Made by a program: the position numbers and the translations under genes. 64,000 bases of DNA from a virus: the IMG/VR virus record IMGVR_UViG_3300044655_001360, one strand, 5' to 3'. Position 1 is the first letter of the stretch. The number at the start of each line of letters is the position of its first letter. Of this stretch, positions 8,213-17,234 are shown piece by piece. The notes beneath the pieces are model-generated. The model saw only the letters and a list, made by a program, of their open reading frames with translations, made no database searches and was not told the origin of the DNA.

Positions 8213-8268
8213 GTGATTCTCGATTGGTTGTTATGTTTCAAGTAGTCTAAAAGATAATGCGAACAAAG

Positions 8269-8565
8269 TCAACTATTATCTTTTAGATCTCTCACTGGTC
8301 TAGCGTAACGAATGTGTTCTTTAAAGCTATGAGATCCCAGTTCGGAATGCCAGTTGTAGCATACTATCCAGTCGCCATCGTCGTTGGAAGTCCAATACCA
8401 TTCATCGGAACTTTCAATGTTTTGTGATTTTAGAAACTCTTGTTCCTTATTGGTAGGTAAACGCCATCCAATTTTCCCATCAATGGTCAACGAAAAACAA
8501 TATAATTTAGCATCTTCCCAGTTCAATTCTTTTTGGAATTCAATAGGTGCTATTTCGATGTTCAT
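8269..8565 (-). CDS. DUF1566/Lcl-like small protein, paralog 11
   Basis: LNWEDAKLYC..IDGKIGWRLPT...YWTS...ARPVRDL. Confidence 0.8.
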   Translation of the reverse strand: MNIEIAPIEFQKELNWEDAKLYCFSLTIDGKIGWRLPTNKEQEFLKSQNIESSDEWYWTSNDDGDWIVCYNWHSELGSHSFKEHIRYARPVRDLKDNS

Positions 8566-8642
8566 TCAAAGTCCGTAAGAAAATCAGCAAGCATAAAAGC
8601 AAAAACAAATAAGAATGCGATAAAAGTAAGAGTGTAAAACAT
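8562..8642 (-). CDS. 26-aa single-pass membrane peptide
   Basis: MFYTLTFIAFLFVFAFMLADFLTDFE after AGGAG RBS and promoter; stop overlaps next ATG. Confidence 0.5.
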   Translation of the reverse strand: MFYTLTFIAFLFVFAFMLADFLTDFE

Positions 8643-8673
8643 GTTGATTCTCCTAGTAGTTGATACTGTATGT

Positions 8674-8701
8674 ATTATACCTAAAAGATAATGGATGTCA
8701 A
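8674..8701 (-). promoter_or_regulatory. sigma70-like promoter with a CTAAAAGATAAT box in its spacer
   Basis: TTGACA-16 nt-TATAAT; drives the right DUF1566 block. Confidence 0.75.
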
Positions 8702-8798
8702 CATTTTTCGATGGGTAAAGAAAAGGGCCTATTGGATAGACCCTTTTGATACTTTGCGAGCTCAATATGACTAAAAGATAATCGTGTATTACCTCCTA

Positions 8799-8820
8799 GC
8801 GAGCGCCGCTAGGCGCGAGC
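8799..8820 (-). repeat. REP-like hairpin repeat, compensatory variant
   Basis: Reverse complement GCTCGCGCC-TAGC-GGCGCTCGC (A-T pair replaced by G-C). Confidence 0.75.
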
Positions 8821-8824
8821 CTAA

Positions 8825-9118
8825 CTAAGCCTTAATGACTTCAGCTGACTCAACCGCATCAGAACCGAACTCTAATCCAAGATGAGCAATATATGGATCT
8901 AGTTGGGCACCGATCTCGTTTCTATAGATTGTCAATACTTCTAAGAAATCATATTTCTTTTGTAGACTGTTCTTGATAACTTTCTGATCTTTAAGATCTA
9001 AGATTACGCTTGCTTGTTGCAAATTGCTAGGTGATACTCGGTTTTTGAAATCAGTTAACTCATCGTATGAACCGTTTTTGGTTAGTACATAAGTTACGAT
9101 CATAAAGCGTTCTTTCAT
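8825..9118 (-). CDS. Hypothetical protein
   Basis: Start reset to MKERFM, overlapping the upstream stop. Confidence 0.6.
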   Translation of the reverse strand: MKERFMIVTYVLTKNGSYDELTDFKNRVSPSNLQQASVILDLKDQKVIKNSLQKKYDFLEVLTIYRNEIGAQLDPYIAHLGLEFGSDAVESAEVIKA

Positions 9119-9558
9119 TTGTTTTCCTTTACTTGGTGGACGGGGATGTTGCATTTTTTCAGGAACTCGATACCATCAGTTGATTTGTATTCAATTGAAT
9201 AGTATACCTCTGAGATTCCTGCTTGGTAAATCATTTTTGCGCAATTTATACAGGGTGAGTGTGTTATGAACAAGGAGGCATCTAACGCAGACTCGTGACT
9301 TCTAGCTAATTTCAAAATCGCGTTGGATTCTGAATGCGCTACCTCTGGTTTAGTTTTTAATTCAACTTCACCTGTATCTGGGTTTACTATCCGGTCTTCA
9401 CAGTCATTTGACCAGCCTGAAGGCGTGCCATTATAACCAATCGATATGATACGGTTATCTTTGACCACGATAGAACCAACCTTCATTTTTTCAGCTGTAC
9501 TAAGTTCAGAGAATGTAAAGGCAGTTTTCATGTAGGCTTGTATAAATTTAGGTTTCAT
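9115..9558 (-). CDS. dCMP deaminase
   Basis: IGYNG, HSE.NAI, SPCINCAK zinc-deaminase motifs. Confidence 0.93.
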   Translation of the reverse strand: MKPKFIQAYMKTAFTFSELSTAEKMKVGSIVVKDNRIISIGYNGTPSGWSNDCEDRIVNPDTGEVELKTKPEVAHSESNAILKLARSHESALDASLFITHSPCINCAKMIYQAGISEVYYSIEYKSTDGIEFLKKCNIPVHQVKENK

Positions 9559-10490
9559 GACTTATTTAGCATCCTCATAATACGGATTAGACAAGCAGCC
9601 AGGTTGATTTCTGGATCTGCCACTGCCTGGTGGTCCACTAAAGATTGCTTAACTATTAAGATGATAGAATCTTGAACTGTGGAATCCTCACTGAAAATGG
9701 ATAGGTTATCGTAGATAAATCTATACACATCCTCCATTTCATCTGCTGAGATTTTACCACATAGTAATGCACGTGCATCGTTTATCTTACCAGCTTTGAA
9801 TAACTCAACCATCTGAAAACGCCATTCAGCCGTGCTATTATCACCATCACCTGGCGACACTAACTTATTTGAAATCGTATTTTGTTGTAATTCGTTGATA
9901 CATTTCCGCAAATCTGGATAGGTTGCTCTGACATACGAATCGAGAACATCCAATGAAAATTCAACGTTTTCGTTGATTAAAATTGTGGCAACTCTAGTAG
10001 TAAACTCGGTTACGTCAGGTTTCTCGATATGAAACCCTTGACAACGACTTTTCAACGCAGGGATGATCCGATGCGGGTAATTATAGGTTAGAATAAACCG
10101 TGCAGTATCACTATATGCCTCGATAACACCACGCAATGCCTGTTGGCCACTAAAAGATACGCCATCAGCTTCATCCAATAATATAATCTTAAATGCGCCA
10201 AATGGCATCATTTGAGCAAAGTTTGTTATACGGTCTCTGACTTCGTCGATACTAGAATTTCGACTTGCATTAATTTCTAAGAAATCGTATGGATTAACAC
10301 CTAGTTCATTTACAAGTAATCGTGCCAGAGTTGTTTTACCAACTCCTCCCGGACCGCTGAGACCCAAATGCCCAATGTTTTTCTCTTTAACCCACTTTTC
10401 AATAGTTGCTTTTTGTTTAGGATCAGTGAAAACATATCCTTCGAGTGTGGACGGTCTGTATTTTTCAACCCATAATTGTGGAATTGCCAT
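9555..10490 (-). CDS. Sliding-clamp loader AAA+ subunit (T4 gp44/RFC-small-like)
   Basis: WVEKYRP, GPGGVGKT, EINAS, LLDEAD, ALKSRC, DLRK.IN.LQ. Confidence 0.95.
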   Translation of the reverse strand: MAIPQLWVEKYRPSTLEGYVFTDPKQKATIEKWVKEKNIGHLGLSGPGGVGKTTLARLLVNELGVNPYDFLEINASRNSSIDEVRDRITNFAQMMPFGAFKIILLDEADGVSFSGQQALRGVIEAYSDTARFILTYNYPHRIIPALKSRCQGFHIEKPDVTEFTTRVATILINENVEFSLDVLDSYVRATYPDLRKCINELQQNTISNKLVSPGDGDNSTAEWRFQMVELFKAGKINDARALLCGKISADEMEDVYRFIYDNLSIFSEDSTVQDSIILIVKQSLVDHQAVADPEINLAACLIRIMRMLNKS

Positions 10491-10493
10491 ATC

Positions 10494-10706
10494 TTAGTTC
10501 TCTTTAAAGTTCATATAAGGAAGGATGTCATTATCGAATATCTTGGCCATACTACACCATAACGAAGTAGTTTTCATTCGTGGATCGTAAGCACGTCTTA
10601 CATGCTTTGTTTCACCGGTTGGTCTTGGTAAGTATTCAAAATCAGGACGTGTACTGTAACACATATTTGTAATTATCGAAAGTCTTTTTTGTTCAAAGTC
10701 AGTCAT
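10494..10706 (-). CDS. Hypothetical protein
   Basis: ORF with AGGA RBS in operon. Confidence 0.55.
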   Translation of the reverse strand: MTDFEQKRLSIITNMCYSTRPDFEYLPRPTGETKHVRRAYDPRMKTTSLWCSMAKIFDNDILPYMNFKEN

Positions 10707-10768
10707 GGTGGATTCCTATAGGTATAAACAGGAAATAGCCAGTTGGCTATTTCCTTGGTAGATCAATA

Positions 10769-11146
10769 TTATGCTACGTTTTCAAGAAACTGTGCTAGAT
10801 TCGGTTCAGAGAATGTGGCTGGTTTAATCACCTTACCGTCTTCTCGACGGAGAACAGTACCGGTTTCAGGATCAATTTTGCTCTTATTGGAGCGAATAAC
10901 TTCATTCCATATGGAATGAGGATTTACACCACGTGATAACAATGCACCAGCGCATACCACTATGATATCTGCCAATGCATCAATTTGTTCAACTGCATTT
11001 TTATCTTCGATCGCTTCTTGTAATTCAGTATATTCTTCAGATACTAAATTAAGATACATGTTGTATTGTGATGGATTGAAAGTAGTAGTTGATTGACCCC
11101 ATGCTTCCATGCAGAATTTTTGATCTTCAAAAACGTTAGTACTCAT
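10769..11146 (-). CDS. MazG-like NTP pyrophosphohydrolase
   Basis: LVSEEYTEL...DALADI...EV.RSN.SK...REDGKVIKP. Confidence 0.85.
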   Translation of the reverse strand: MSTNVFEDQKFCMEAWGQSTTTFNPSQYNMYLNLVSEEYTELQEAIEDKNAVEQIDALADIIVVCAGALLSRGVNPHSIWNEVIRSNKSKIDPETGTVLRREDGKVIKPATFSEPNLAQFLENVA

Positions 11147-11155
11147 TTGATACCT

Positions 11156-11247
11156 CTAAAAGATAATTGAAAACGACTAAAAGATAATTGCTTTTAGTAT
11201 TGAAAACGGCTAAAAGATAACTGAACCATAAGGCAATTATCTTTTAG
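11156..11247. repeat. Cluster of five CTAAAAGATAAT-type boxes (direct and inverted)
   Basis: Boxes at 11156, 11177, 11186 (variant, inverted), 11210, 11236 (inverted); 11228-11247 identical to 429-448. Confidence 0.8.
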
Positions 11248-11263
11248 CCAAGGAAAGACTAGT

Positions 11264-11776
11264 TTACACCAATTCTGGTGTTTCGTAAAGGGGTTTCATG
11301 ACATCAGTAACAACAAACATTTTCAACGAATCTACGTCAGAGGAAACAAGGGTATAACCTTTGTCATCAAGCCATTCGTATGCGTTTGTGATCGTATCTC
11401 GACCATCTTTGATATCGATATACACCGATTGGTTATATCTAGCCGAATGAATCTTTAGTTGATAAACACCAGCATCGTTTTTCACTGTTGAAATTTCCAA
11501 CACATGAGAAACGGGTACATTGTATTCGAAAAGATCAGGTACTGCACCTTCAAAATCGCAAACTATATGATTCATCATACAACCTAACACAGTGATATTC
11601 TTCTTCTGCAACCAGTTCATTGCTGTGAAATCTGGTGTAGTAGTGTGATCTCGTGGAATGGTAACTCGTTTGTTATACTTCGGATCGAAGATTTCCAAAC
11701 TATCAGGACTATTTTCTTCTTCGTAGGTATAATATAAAACTCTGGTATAAACTTGTGACATGGATTCTCCTAGCAC
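11264..11776 (-). CDS. Hypothetical protein (two internally similar halves)
   Basis: ORF; L.I....YN..V.I......T...A..WL..K...L pattern occurs twice. Confidence 0.6.
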   Translation of the reverse strand: MLGESMSQVYTRVLYYTYEEENSPDSLEIFDPKYNKRVTIPRDHTTTPDFTAMNWLQKKNITVLGCMMNHIVCDFEGAVPDLFEYNVPVSHVLEISTVKNDAGVYQLKIHSARYNQSVYIDIKDGRDTITNAYEWLDDKGYTLVSSDVDSLKMFVVTDVMKPLYETPELV

Positions 11777-12117
11777 TTAGATGGAATGTATTGATCGCCA
11801 ATAGGTGGTTCTACATCAGATACAAGTAAAATTGCATCATTGTCTGCTCGTTGCAGATCCATTGGACCTTCTGGTGTTTCTACTCGTACTTTTCGTGTCC
11901 AACGAGCATGTTCAAGCAAAATCCAATCATCCTTCTTGATATATTTCTGATCCGGACCCACCATGAACACTTGAGCCCAACGAGGGCGTATACCGTGCGA
12001 TTTTCCTGAATCAGAATTTAAAATTATACCAGATTGTAAAACGGTTTCACTATGACGCATGTTTCTGATTAAAATGTGATCCCGTATAGTTCGATCAATT
12101 GTAATTACTTCACTCAT
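11770..12117 (-). CDS. GroES-like co-chaperonin
   Basis: DHILI....E...SGIIL......RW.QV..VGP......DWIL......IL.V. Confidence 0.8.
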   Translation of the reverse strand: MSEVITIDRTIRDHILIRNMRHSETVLQSGIILNSDSGKSHGIRPRWAQVFMVGPDQKYIKKDDWILLEHARWTRKVRVETPEGPMDLQRADNDAILLVSDVEPPIGDQYIPSKC

Positions 12118-12125
12118 AGAAAGCC

Positions 12126-12323
12126 TTAAATGTTACGTGGATTTTGATTGTAATAGTCTTGAAGTAATTCTTCGCGTGATTTGACAACTTTGCCATTTTC
12201 CAAAAGATCACCGCGAGCGTTGGATTTCATATTACCAACAGCAACACTGGATTCATTTTCTAAAGCTAAACGAGCCATGTCAACGGATTTACCTTTTGCA
12301 GATTTATAAACTTGATCAGTCAT
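12126..12323 (-). CDS. Hypothetical phage protein
   Basis: AGGAG RBS, late promoter TAAATA at ~12350. Confidence 0.6.
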   Translation of the reverse strand: MTDQVYKSAKGKSVDMARLALENESSVAVGNMKSNARGDLLENGKVVKSREELLQDYYNQNPRNI

Positions 12324-12352
12324 ATTTGTTCTCCTGATTAATAAAGCAGTAT

Positions 12353-12589
12353 TTAGTCAGCCATCTCAGCTGCGAAGTTTGGAAAGTTAAGATATTTGAA
12401 TAGGAGTCGATCATCCCATAGTTTGCAGATTCTATCTAATTCTTCCTGTGAAGCGTTTTCGGCATCAAAGTTTTCGATAGCGAATGCGTGGAAGTTTTCT
12501 GGTTCGATGTGATAGATGTTACTAGCATAGGTGCCATTGAGTGATACTACGGTTACGTCGCCTGCATCGGTTGTATTTAAAGTAATCAT
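12353..12589 (-). CDS. Hypothetical protein
   Basis: AAGGA RBS and TTGACA promoter upstream. Confidence 0.55.
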   Translation of the reverse strand: MITLNTTDAGDVTVVSLNGTYASNIYHIEPENFHAFAIENFDAENASQEELDRICKLWDDRLLFKYLNFPNFAAEMAD

Positions 12590-12661
12590 TTGTAAAGTCC
12601 TTGTTAAGTTGAAAGTGGGTGTAGTTTAGTTGAATTAGAATTGTTTGTCAAGGGTTAATTA

Positions 12662-13117
12662 TCAACGCAAAAACTCATTAATGGCTAAACCGTATTTGAT
12701 ACTATCGATTTTATGGACACCGATAAGGAATAAGACGTAGCTTGACACTGAACTACCTCTACCTACACCCCATACTATATTATGGGCACGTAGGGTATCA
12801 ACAATATAAATCATGCATTGTAGGACTGGGAATAGGTTACGTGATTTAAACTCGGTTAGTTCTAATTCCACTCTTGCGACTTCCGTATCAGTGCTGCATT
12901 TGGCTAAACACCATTCTGCGATATCTAAGTTTTTGTAGGAATCTGGGATAAACCAGTTGTTTGGATTGGTTTCTTCGAGTGGTACTGGGTAATTAAGTCT
13001 TTCATCTAAAAGATAATTGACGTACTTTGAAATGTCATCGGAACATGTGCAATATCCCAGAATATCTGGGCCATGTCTTAAAACGCCTGTGACTAATTGG
13101 TCTACAGTATTGGTCAT
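12662..13117 (-). CDS. Stand-alone fragment of DNA polymerase III alpha (DnaE)
   Basis: RVELEL..F......WGVGRGSSVSSYVLFLIGVHKIDSIKYGL...EFL matches the DnaE GxGRGS...DPLxYxLLFERFL segment. Confidence 0.8.
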   Translation of the reverse strand: MTNTVDQLVTGVLRHGPDILGYCTCSDDISKYVNYLLDERLNYPVPLEETNPNNWFIPDSYKNLDIAEWCLAKCSTDTEVARVELELTEFKSRNLFPVLQCMIYIVDTLRAHNIVWGVGRGSSVSSYVLFLIGVHKIDSIKYGLAINEFLR

Positions 13118-13126
13118 TTGGAACTC

Positions 13127-13360
13127 CTAATCTACGTTAATTAATTCTCCAAGGTCACCGTTTTCGGATTGGGTAATCTTAGCACGGAATCGGTTGGACA
13201 TTTCTTCTTTGTAGATATTAACAAAGGTAGCCAACTGTGTCAAGAGTTCTTGGTTACCTAGTCTATAAGCCGTGTGATATTTTTTCATGAGTTCGTTGAG
13301 TTTCAACTCGACTTCATCATCTCGCATGGCGGTTAAATCAGGTGCGAATGGGTGGTTCAT
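13127..13360 (-). CDS. Hypothetical phage protein
   Basis: AAGGA RBS; helical ORF. Confidence 0.6.
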   Translation of the reverse strand: MNHPFAPDLTAMRDDEVELKLNELMKKYHTAYRLGNQELLTQLATFVNIYKEEMSNRFRAKITQSENGDLGELINVD

Positions 13361-13378
13361 CGTGGTGTCCTTAAAAGA

Positions 13379-13402
13379 AGGGGCCTCTGGAAGAGGCCCC
13401 TT
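13379..13402 (-). terminator. Stem-loop terminator
   Basis: AGGGGCCTCT-GGA-AGAGGCCCCT. Confidence 0.7.
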
Positions 13403-13411
13403 GTGTGAAAA

Positions 13412-16400
13412 TTAACGTGCTTGCCCGCCAGTCACCGTCAATTCGATATCGGTTGTTTGGGTGATTGCAGTGTCATCTGGGAAAGATGTGATTGTTAGCG
13501 GTGAACTTACCAGGTCAGTTGCATCAGTATCTGTGAACGTCAATTCAAATTCGGTTATTGCACTAGCATCCGTGATGGTAATATCAACTGCGGTTGTTCC
13601 TAATATATTATTACCAGTCACACGGTCTAGCGTTATAACACCGCTTGCATACTCAAGACCATTCGGGAATATATTATAACTAATGTAAACGTTCGAACTA
13701 TCTACTTTGATATCACTGAATATACTTAGGTTAGTGAATACGCGTTTTGATAAAAGCGTACCAGATGCGTCATATGTTGCGTACAGTCCACCACCATCAC
13801 AAGAACCAACAACATGTATTATATTACTGGAGTCAACATCGATCGCGTAGAAATGAGAGTCAGCTGATGCTGATAATGCTTTAGTCCACAGGAGTGATCC
13901 AGTAGGCGAGTATTTCACAACGAATGCATTTCTGGGAGAAACCCCACCATCTGAGGATTTAGTACCAGAAATATAAAAATTGTTGTTAGAATCGGCTGCT
14001 ATACTTACATCTGTTATATTGGCAGTACCAATATGTGTGTTAATTCGTTTCCATAGCAAGTTACCCGCATTATCGGATGCTGCGACTACGAAGTTAGTTA
14101 TTCTACTACCAACAACACCGATCGTATTGGTATTGGTAATCGCACACCCTGTTATATAGCAATCAGCTAATGATGTTGCCCATTGTAATACATTTGAACT
14201 ACTATATTTTGCAATAAAACCAGGGTTAGTACCACCGTTATTGAATGCATCGATACCGTAGTTACCAACTAATATCATATTATCGGCATGATCGATATGC
14301 ACACTAGCATAACCTCTATACCAACTGTTACTGGTTGATAAGTCCAATTTCTTCGCCCACAATAAAGTTCCTGTACTGCTATATTTTCGTACAAAGCCAT
14401 CTCGAGAAATATCACCAGTAATATACACATTATTACTTGAATCGATAGCAACAGATGTACAGTGAAGCCAGGTATCGGTGATATCTTGTAGGTTGATTTG
14501 ATGGGTTATTGCGTTATTGGTATAATACGTTAAACTCCCATGAAAGACACCAGGCATATCGAATTGAGTACTAACGGTTGCGTAGTTACCCGATAATAAC
14601 GCAATCCCGTATATTCTATCCGATGCCAAGTTTGTGCCGTCTCTTCTGGATGGTATCTGTTTGGTAGCATACCAACCACCGTCAATCGCGGCGATTGTGA
14701 TGTTAATCGCTGGGCTTTTTCCACTTTCACCTGCTTGATTACTCAGAGTGTACTTAAAGTCGTAGTTACCGTCTGGTAACGCGGTGTCGGGGGTTAATGC
14801 TCCAGTTGCTGAATTGTAGGTTGCTGGTATATAAGTATTCCCGTTGTATAATTTCACTGTATCGGTTAAACCAGTTGGGATATTAATGCCTGGAGTTGTG
14901 TCATCGGTTGTCGATGCGGTGCTGGTATCGGATGTAACTGGTCCTGAATTATCCACGTATGATGCAGGTGCACTGGTCGGTGTTGTTGGAACCGTACCAC
15001 CAGAACCACCATTAGTCGCGGTGCTATTGTTAATTCCGGTCATTGTTAACGAGGTAGCTTTATTGCCAGCCAAATCTTTTATTGCATCAGTACCTGATGG
15101 TGCGGTGTAGCTCATTGATACAGTTTGATTTTGTTGTATTGCAATTGCTAACGTCAATGTAACATGACTGCTAGTGGCAGATACACCACTTACTGTTACT
15201 GGCGAACTATTCACTGATACTACAAATGCCGTTGTCGGTGCAGTTGTTGCATTCAAGGGTTCATCGTATGTTAAAATTACATTAAGGCCAGTTGTGTCGG
15301 TAGCAACACTTTGTAGTACAGGTGATGTTGAATCGACCACTACCGTGCTATTATTAATTCCAGTCATTGCTATCGTAATTGCTTTATTACCAGCCGAATC
15401 TTTTATTGCGGCATTACCGGACGGTGCGGTATAAGTAACGTTAACTGTTTGTCCTTGTTGGATCGCTGTAGCTAATGTTAGTGAAACTGTGTTGTTGGTT
15501 ACTGAAACCCCACTAACGGTTGCTGGTGAGTTATCTACCGAGACTGCAAACGCGGACGTAGGAGCAGTGGTTGCATTTAAAGGTTCGTTATAAAGCATGT
15601 CAACGGTTAATCCAGTACTGACAACTGTAACACTTTGTAGAACCGGTGATATCGTATCAACTGTACTGCTATTTGTTAATGGTGTAAGAGGTATGGTAAC
15701 TGCTTTGTTACCAGCCAAATCTTTAATTGCGTTACCAGATTGAGGTGCTATATAGCAGAATTTTAAATCTTGCCCTTGTTGAATCGCAGTGGCTAATGTT
15801 AACGTGACGGTGCTGTTACTAGCAACTGCACTACTGATAGTTGCTGGAGTATTATCGACTGTTACGGTAAATGCAGAAGCAGGAGCAGTGGTTGAACTTA
15901 AGGTTTCGCTATAGGTCAACACAACATTCAGTCCATTTGAACTAACTGCTGCAGTTTGTAATGCTGGTGATATAGTATCAACTGTAAAACTAGTCGTATT
16001 GCTCACTGCAGGATTTCCTGCTAAATCAGACACTACTGTCACTAAATTGTAACTATTTCCGTTTGTCAGTGCGGTTAAATCTGCTAATGGTACAACTATA
16101 GATGTTGCGTTGTTAAGAATAGTACCATGGTAATCCATTGAGTTTAATGTAGTGGTTACTATTTGATTATTTTCAACACCGGTCGTAGTTACATCGATAG
16201 TTCCATCGGTAGATATATCAGTTGCATCTAGTACAAAACCCCAACTTGGCGTTACTGATACTATAGTTGGAATTTCGGTATCGATTGTAATATTAAGAGC
16301 AGCACTTAATCCACTTTCATTGCCTAATGCATCAGTTAGAGTATATGCGAAACTGTATACGCCAGGTGATAGTTCTGCGTTTGGTGTTAATGACCCAATA

Positions 16401-17182
16401 GTTGAGTTATACACGGCTGCGGTTTCAGTACCATTAATGTATAATTTTATAGTCTTGGTTATATTAGCACCAATTAGAATTCCTGGTTTGGTGTCATCGG
16501 TTTTAATTGAGGAACTGCTTGGATTTTGTACAGCACCGACATTATCAACGTAGCCGCGTGGTTGTGGTGGTATCCATGCATTGTATTGGAATGATCCAAT
16601 GTGTTTAATATAAATCGATGGTGTTAATGTACCATTGTTTACCTGCCAAATATCAACAATCGTTGCAGTCTCTGTGACTGAGCCTTTTATTGTTATTTTA
16701 CTTGTGTCTACAAATGGGTAATTTGAATCATATTTCAATGCCGCGTTAGTTGCGGTAAATTCAACCTTTCTATCTGTTGAATCTGCTGAAATATGAAGTC
16801 TAACTTTACCAACTTTAAAGTTGTCTGTTGTATCAGTTGGGAAATTAACAAGATTAATGGTTAAATTAGCACCAACTTTGACGTTTTGGTATAATCCATT
16901 GTTGTAATCTAAATTGAAATTATTAACTTGTAAACCAGTGATAGCGTGGCGATACTCTGCCGTGGCTTTCATTACACACGTAGATAGTATATTACCATTT
17001 AAACTGCTTACTGCAGCATCATCACGAACACCATGATTTAAGAATTGTTCAATTTCAGTTTTTGCACTAGCTAAACTTGTTTTTATGGTGGCGAAATTAT
17101 CTCGGAATACTTGACTATCGTTGGTAACTCCTTGAACTGGGAATTGATCATTGATAGTAGTTTTGATTGCTGAGTCTGTCAT
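13412..17182 (-). CDS. Virion fibre/adhesin: shared N-terminal anchor, Ig-like repeats, three SwmB-type repeats, beta-propeller-like C-terminus
   Basis: NDSQ.FRDNF..IK N-domain; TDDT.PG...GNES Ig units; DT.SP.LQ...L.Y.E.L....AP..AF.V repeats; DSSNN.Y..G repeats. Confidence 0.8.
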   Translation of the reverse strand: MTDSAIKTTINDQFPVQGVTNDSQVFRDNFATIKTSLASAKTEIEQFLNHGVRDDAAVSSLNGNILSTCVMKATAEYRHAITGLQVNNFNLDYNNGLYQNVKVGANLTINLVNFPTDTTDNFKVGKVRLHISADSTDRKVEFTATNAALKYDSNYPFVDTSKITIKGSVTETATIVDIWQVNNGTLTPSIYIKHIGSFQYNAWIPPQPRGYVDNVGAVQNPSSSSIKTDDTKPGILIGANITKTIKLYINGTETAAVYNSTIGSLTPNAELSPGVYSFAYTLTDALGNESGLSAALNITIDTEIPTIVSVTPSWGFVLDATDISTDGTIDVTTTGVENNQIVTTTLNSMDYHGTILNNATSIVVPLADLTALTNGNSYNLVTVVSDLAGNPAVSNTTSFTVDTISPALQTAAVSSNGLNVVLTYSETLSSTTAPASAFTVTVDNTPATISSAVASNSTVTLTLATAIQQGQDLKFCYIAPQSGNAIKDLAGNKAVTIPLTPLTNSSTVDTISPVLQSVTVVSTGLTVDMLYNEPLNATTAPTSAFAVSVDNSPATVSGVSVTNNTVSLTLATAIQQGQTVNVTYTAPSGNAAIKDSAGNKAITIAMTGINNSTVVVDSTSPVLQSVATDTTGLNVILTYDEPLNATTAPTTAFVVSVNSSPVTVSGVSATSSHVTLTLAIAIQQNQTVSMSYTAPSGTDAIKDLAGNKATSLTMTGINNSTATNGGSGGTVPTTPTSAPASYVDNSGPVTSDTSTASTTDDTTPGINIPTGLTDTVKLYNGNTYIPATYNSATGALTPDTALPDGNYDFKYTLSNQAGESGKSPAINITIAAIDGGWYATKQIPSRRDGTNLASDRIYGIALLSGNYATVSTQFDMPGVFHGSLTYYTNNAITHQINLQDITDTWLHCTSVAIDSSNNVYITGDISRDGFVRKYSSTGTLLWAKKLDLSTSNSWYRGYASVHIDHADNMILVGNYGIDAFNNGGTNPGFIAKYSSSNVLQWATSLADCYITGCAITNTNTIGVVGSRITNFVVAASDNAGNLLWKRINTHIGTANITDVSIAADSNNNFYISGTKSSDGGVSPRNAFVVKYSPTGSLLWTKALSASADSHFYAIDVDSSNIIHVVGSCDGGGLYATYDASGTLLSKRVFTNLSIFSDIKVDSSNVYISYNIFPNGLEYASGVITLDRVTGNNILGTTAVDITITDASAITEFELTFTDTDATDLVSSPLTITSFPDDTAITQTTDIELTVTGGQAR

Positions 17183-17234
17183 TATTTAATTCTCTCTATG
17201 TTATGGGAATGCTAGGTATTTAGGGACATTTACG

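Noticed and set aside
1344-8565. Complete diversity-generating retroelement
   Set aside because: No reverse transcriptase, Avd or template repeat is visible, and the paralog ends I compared differ at all four bases and in length; a remote DGR cannot be excluded
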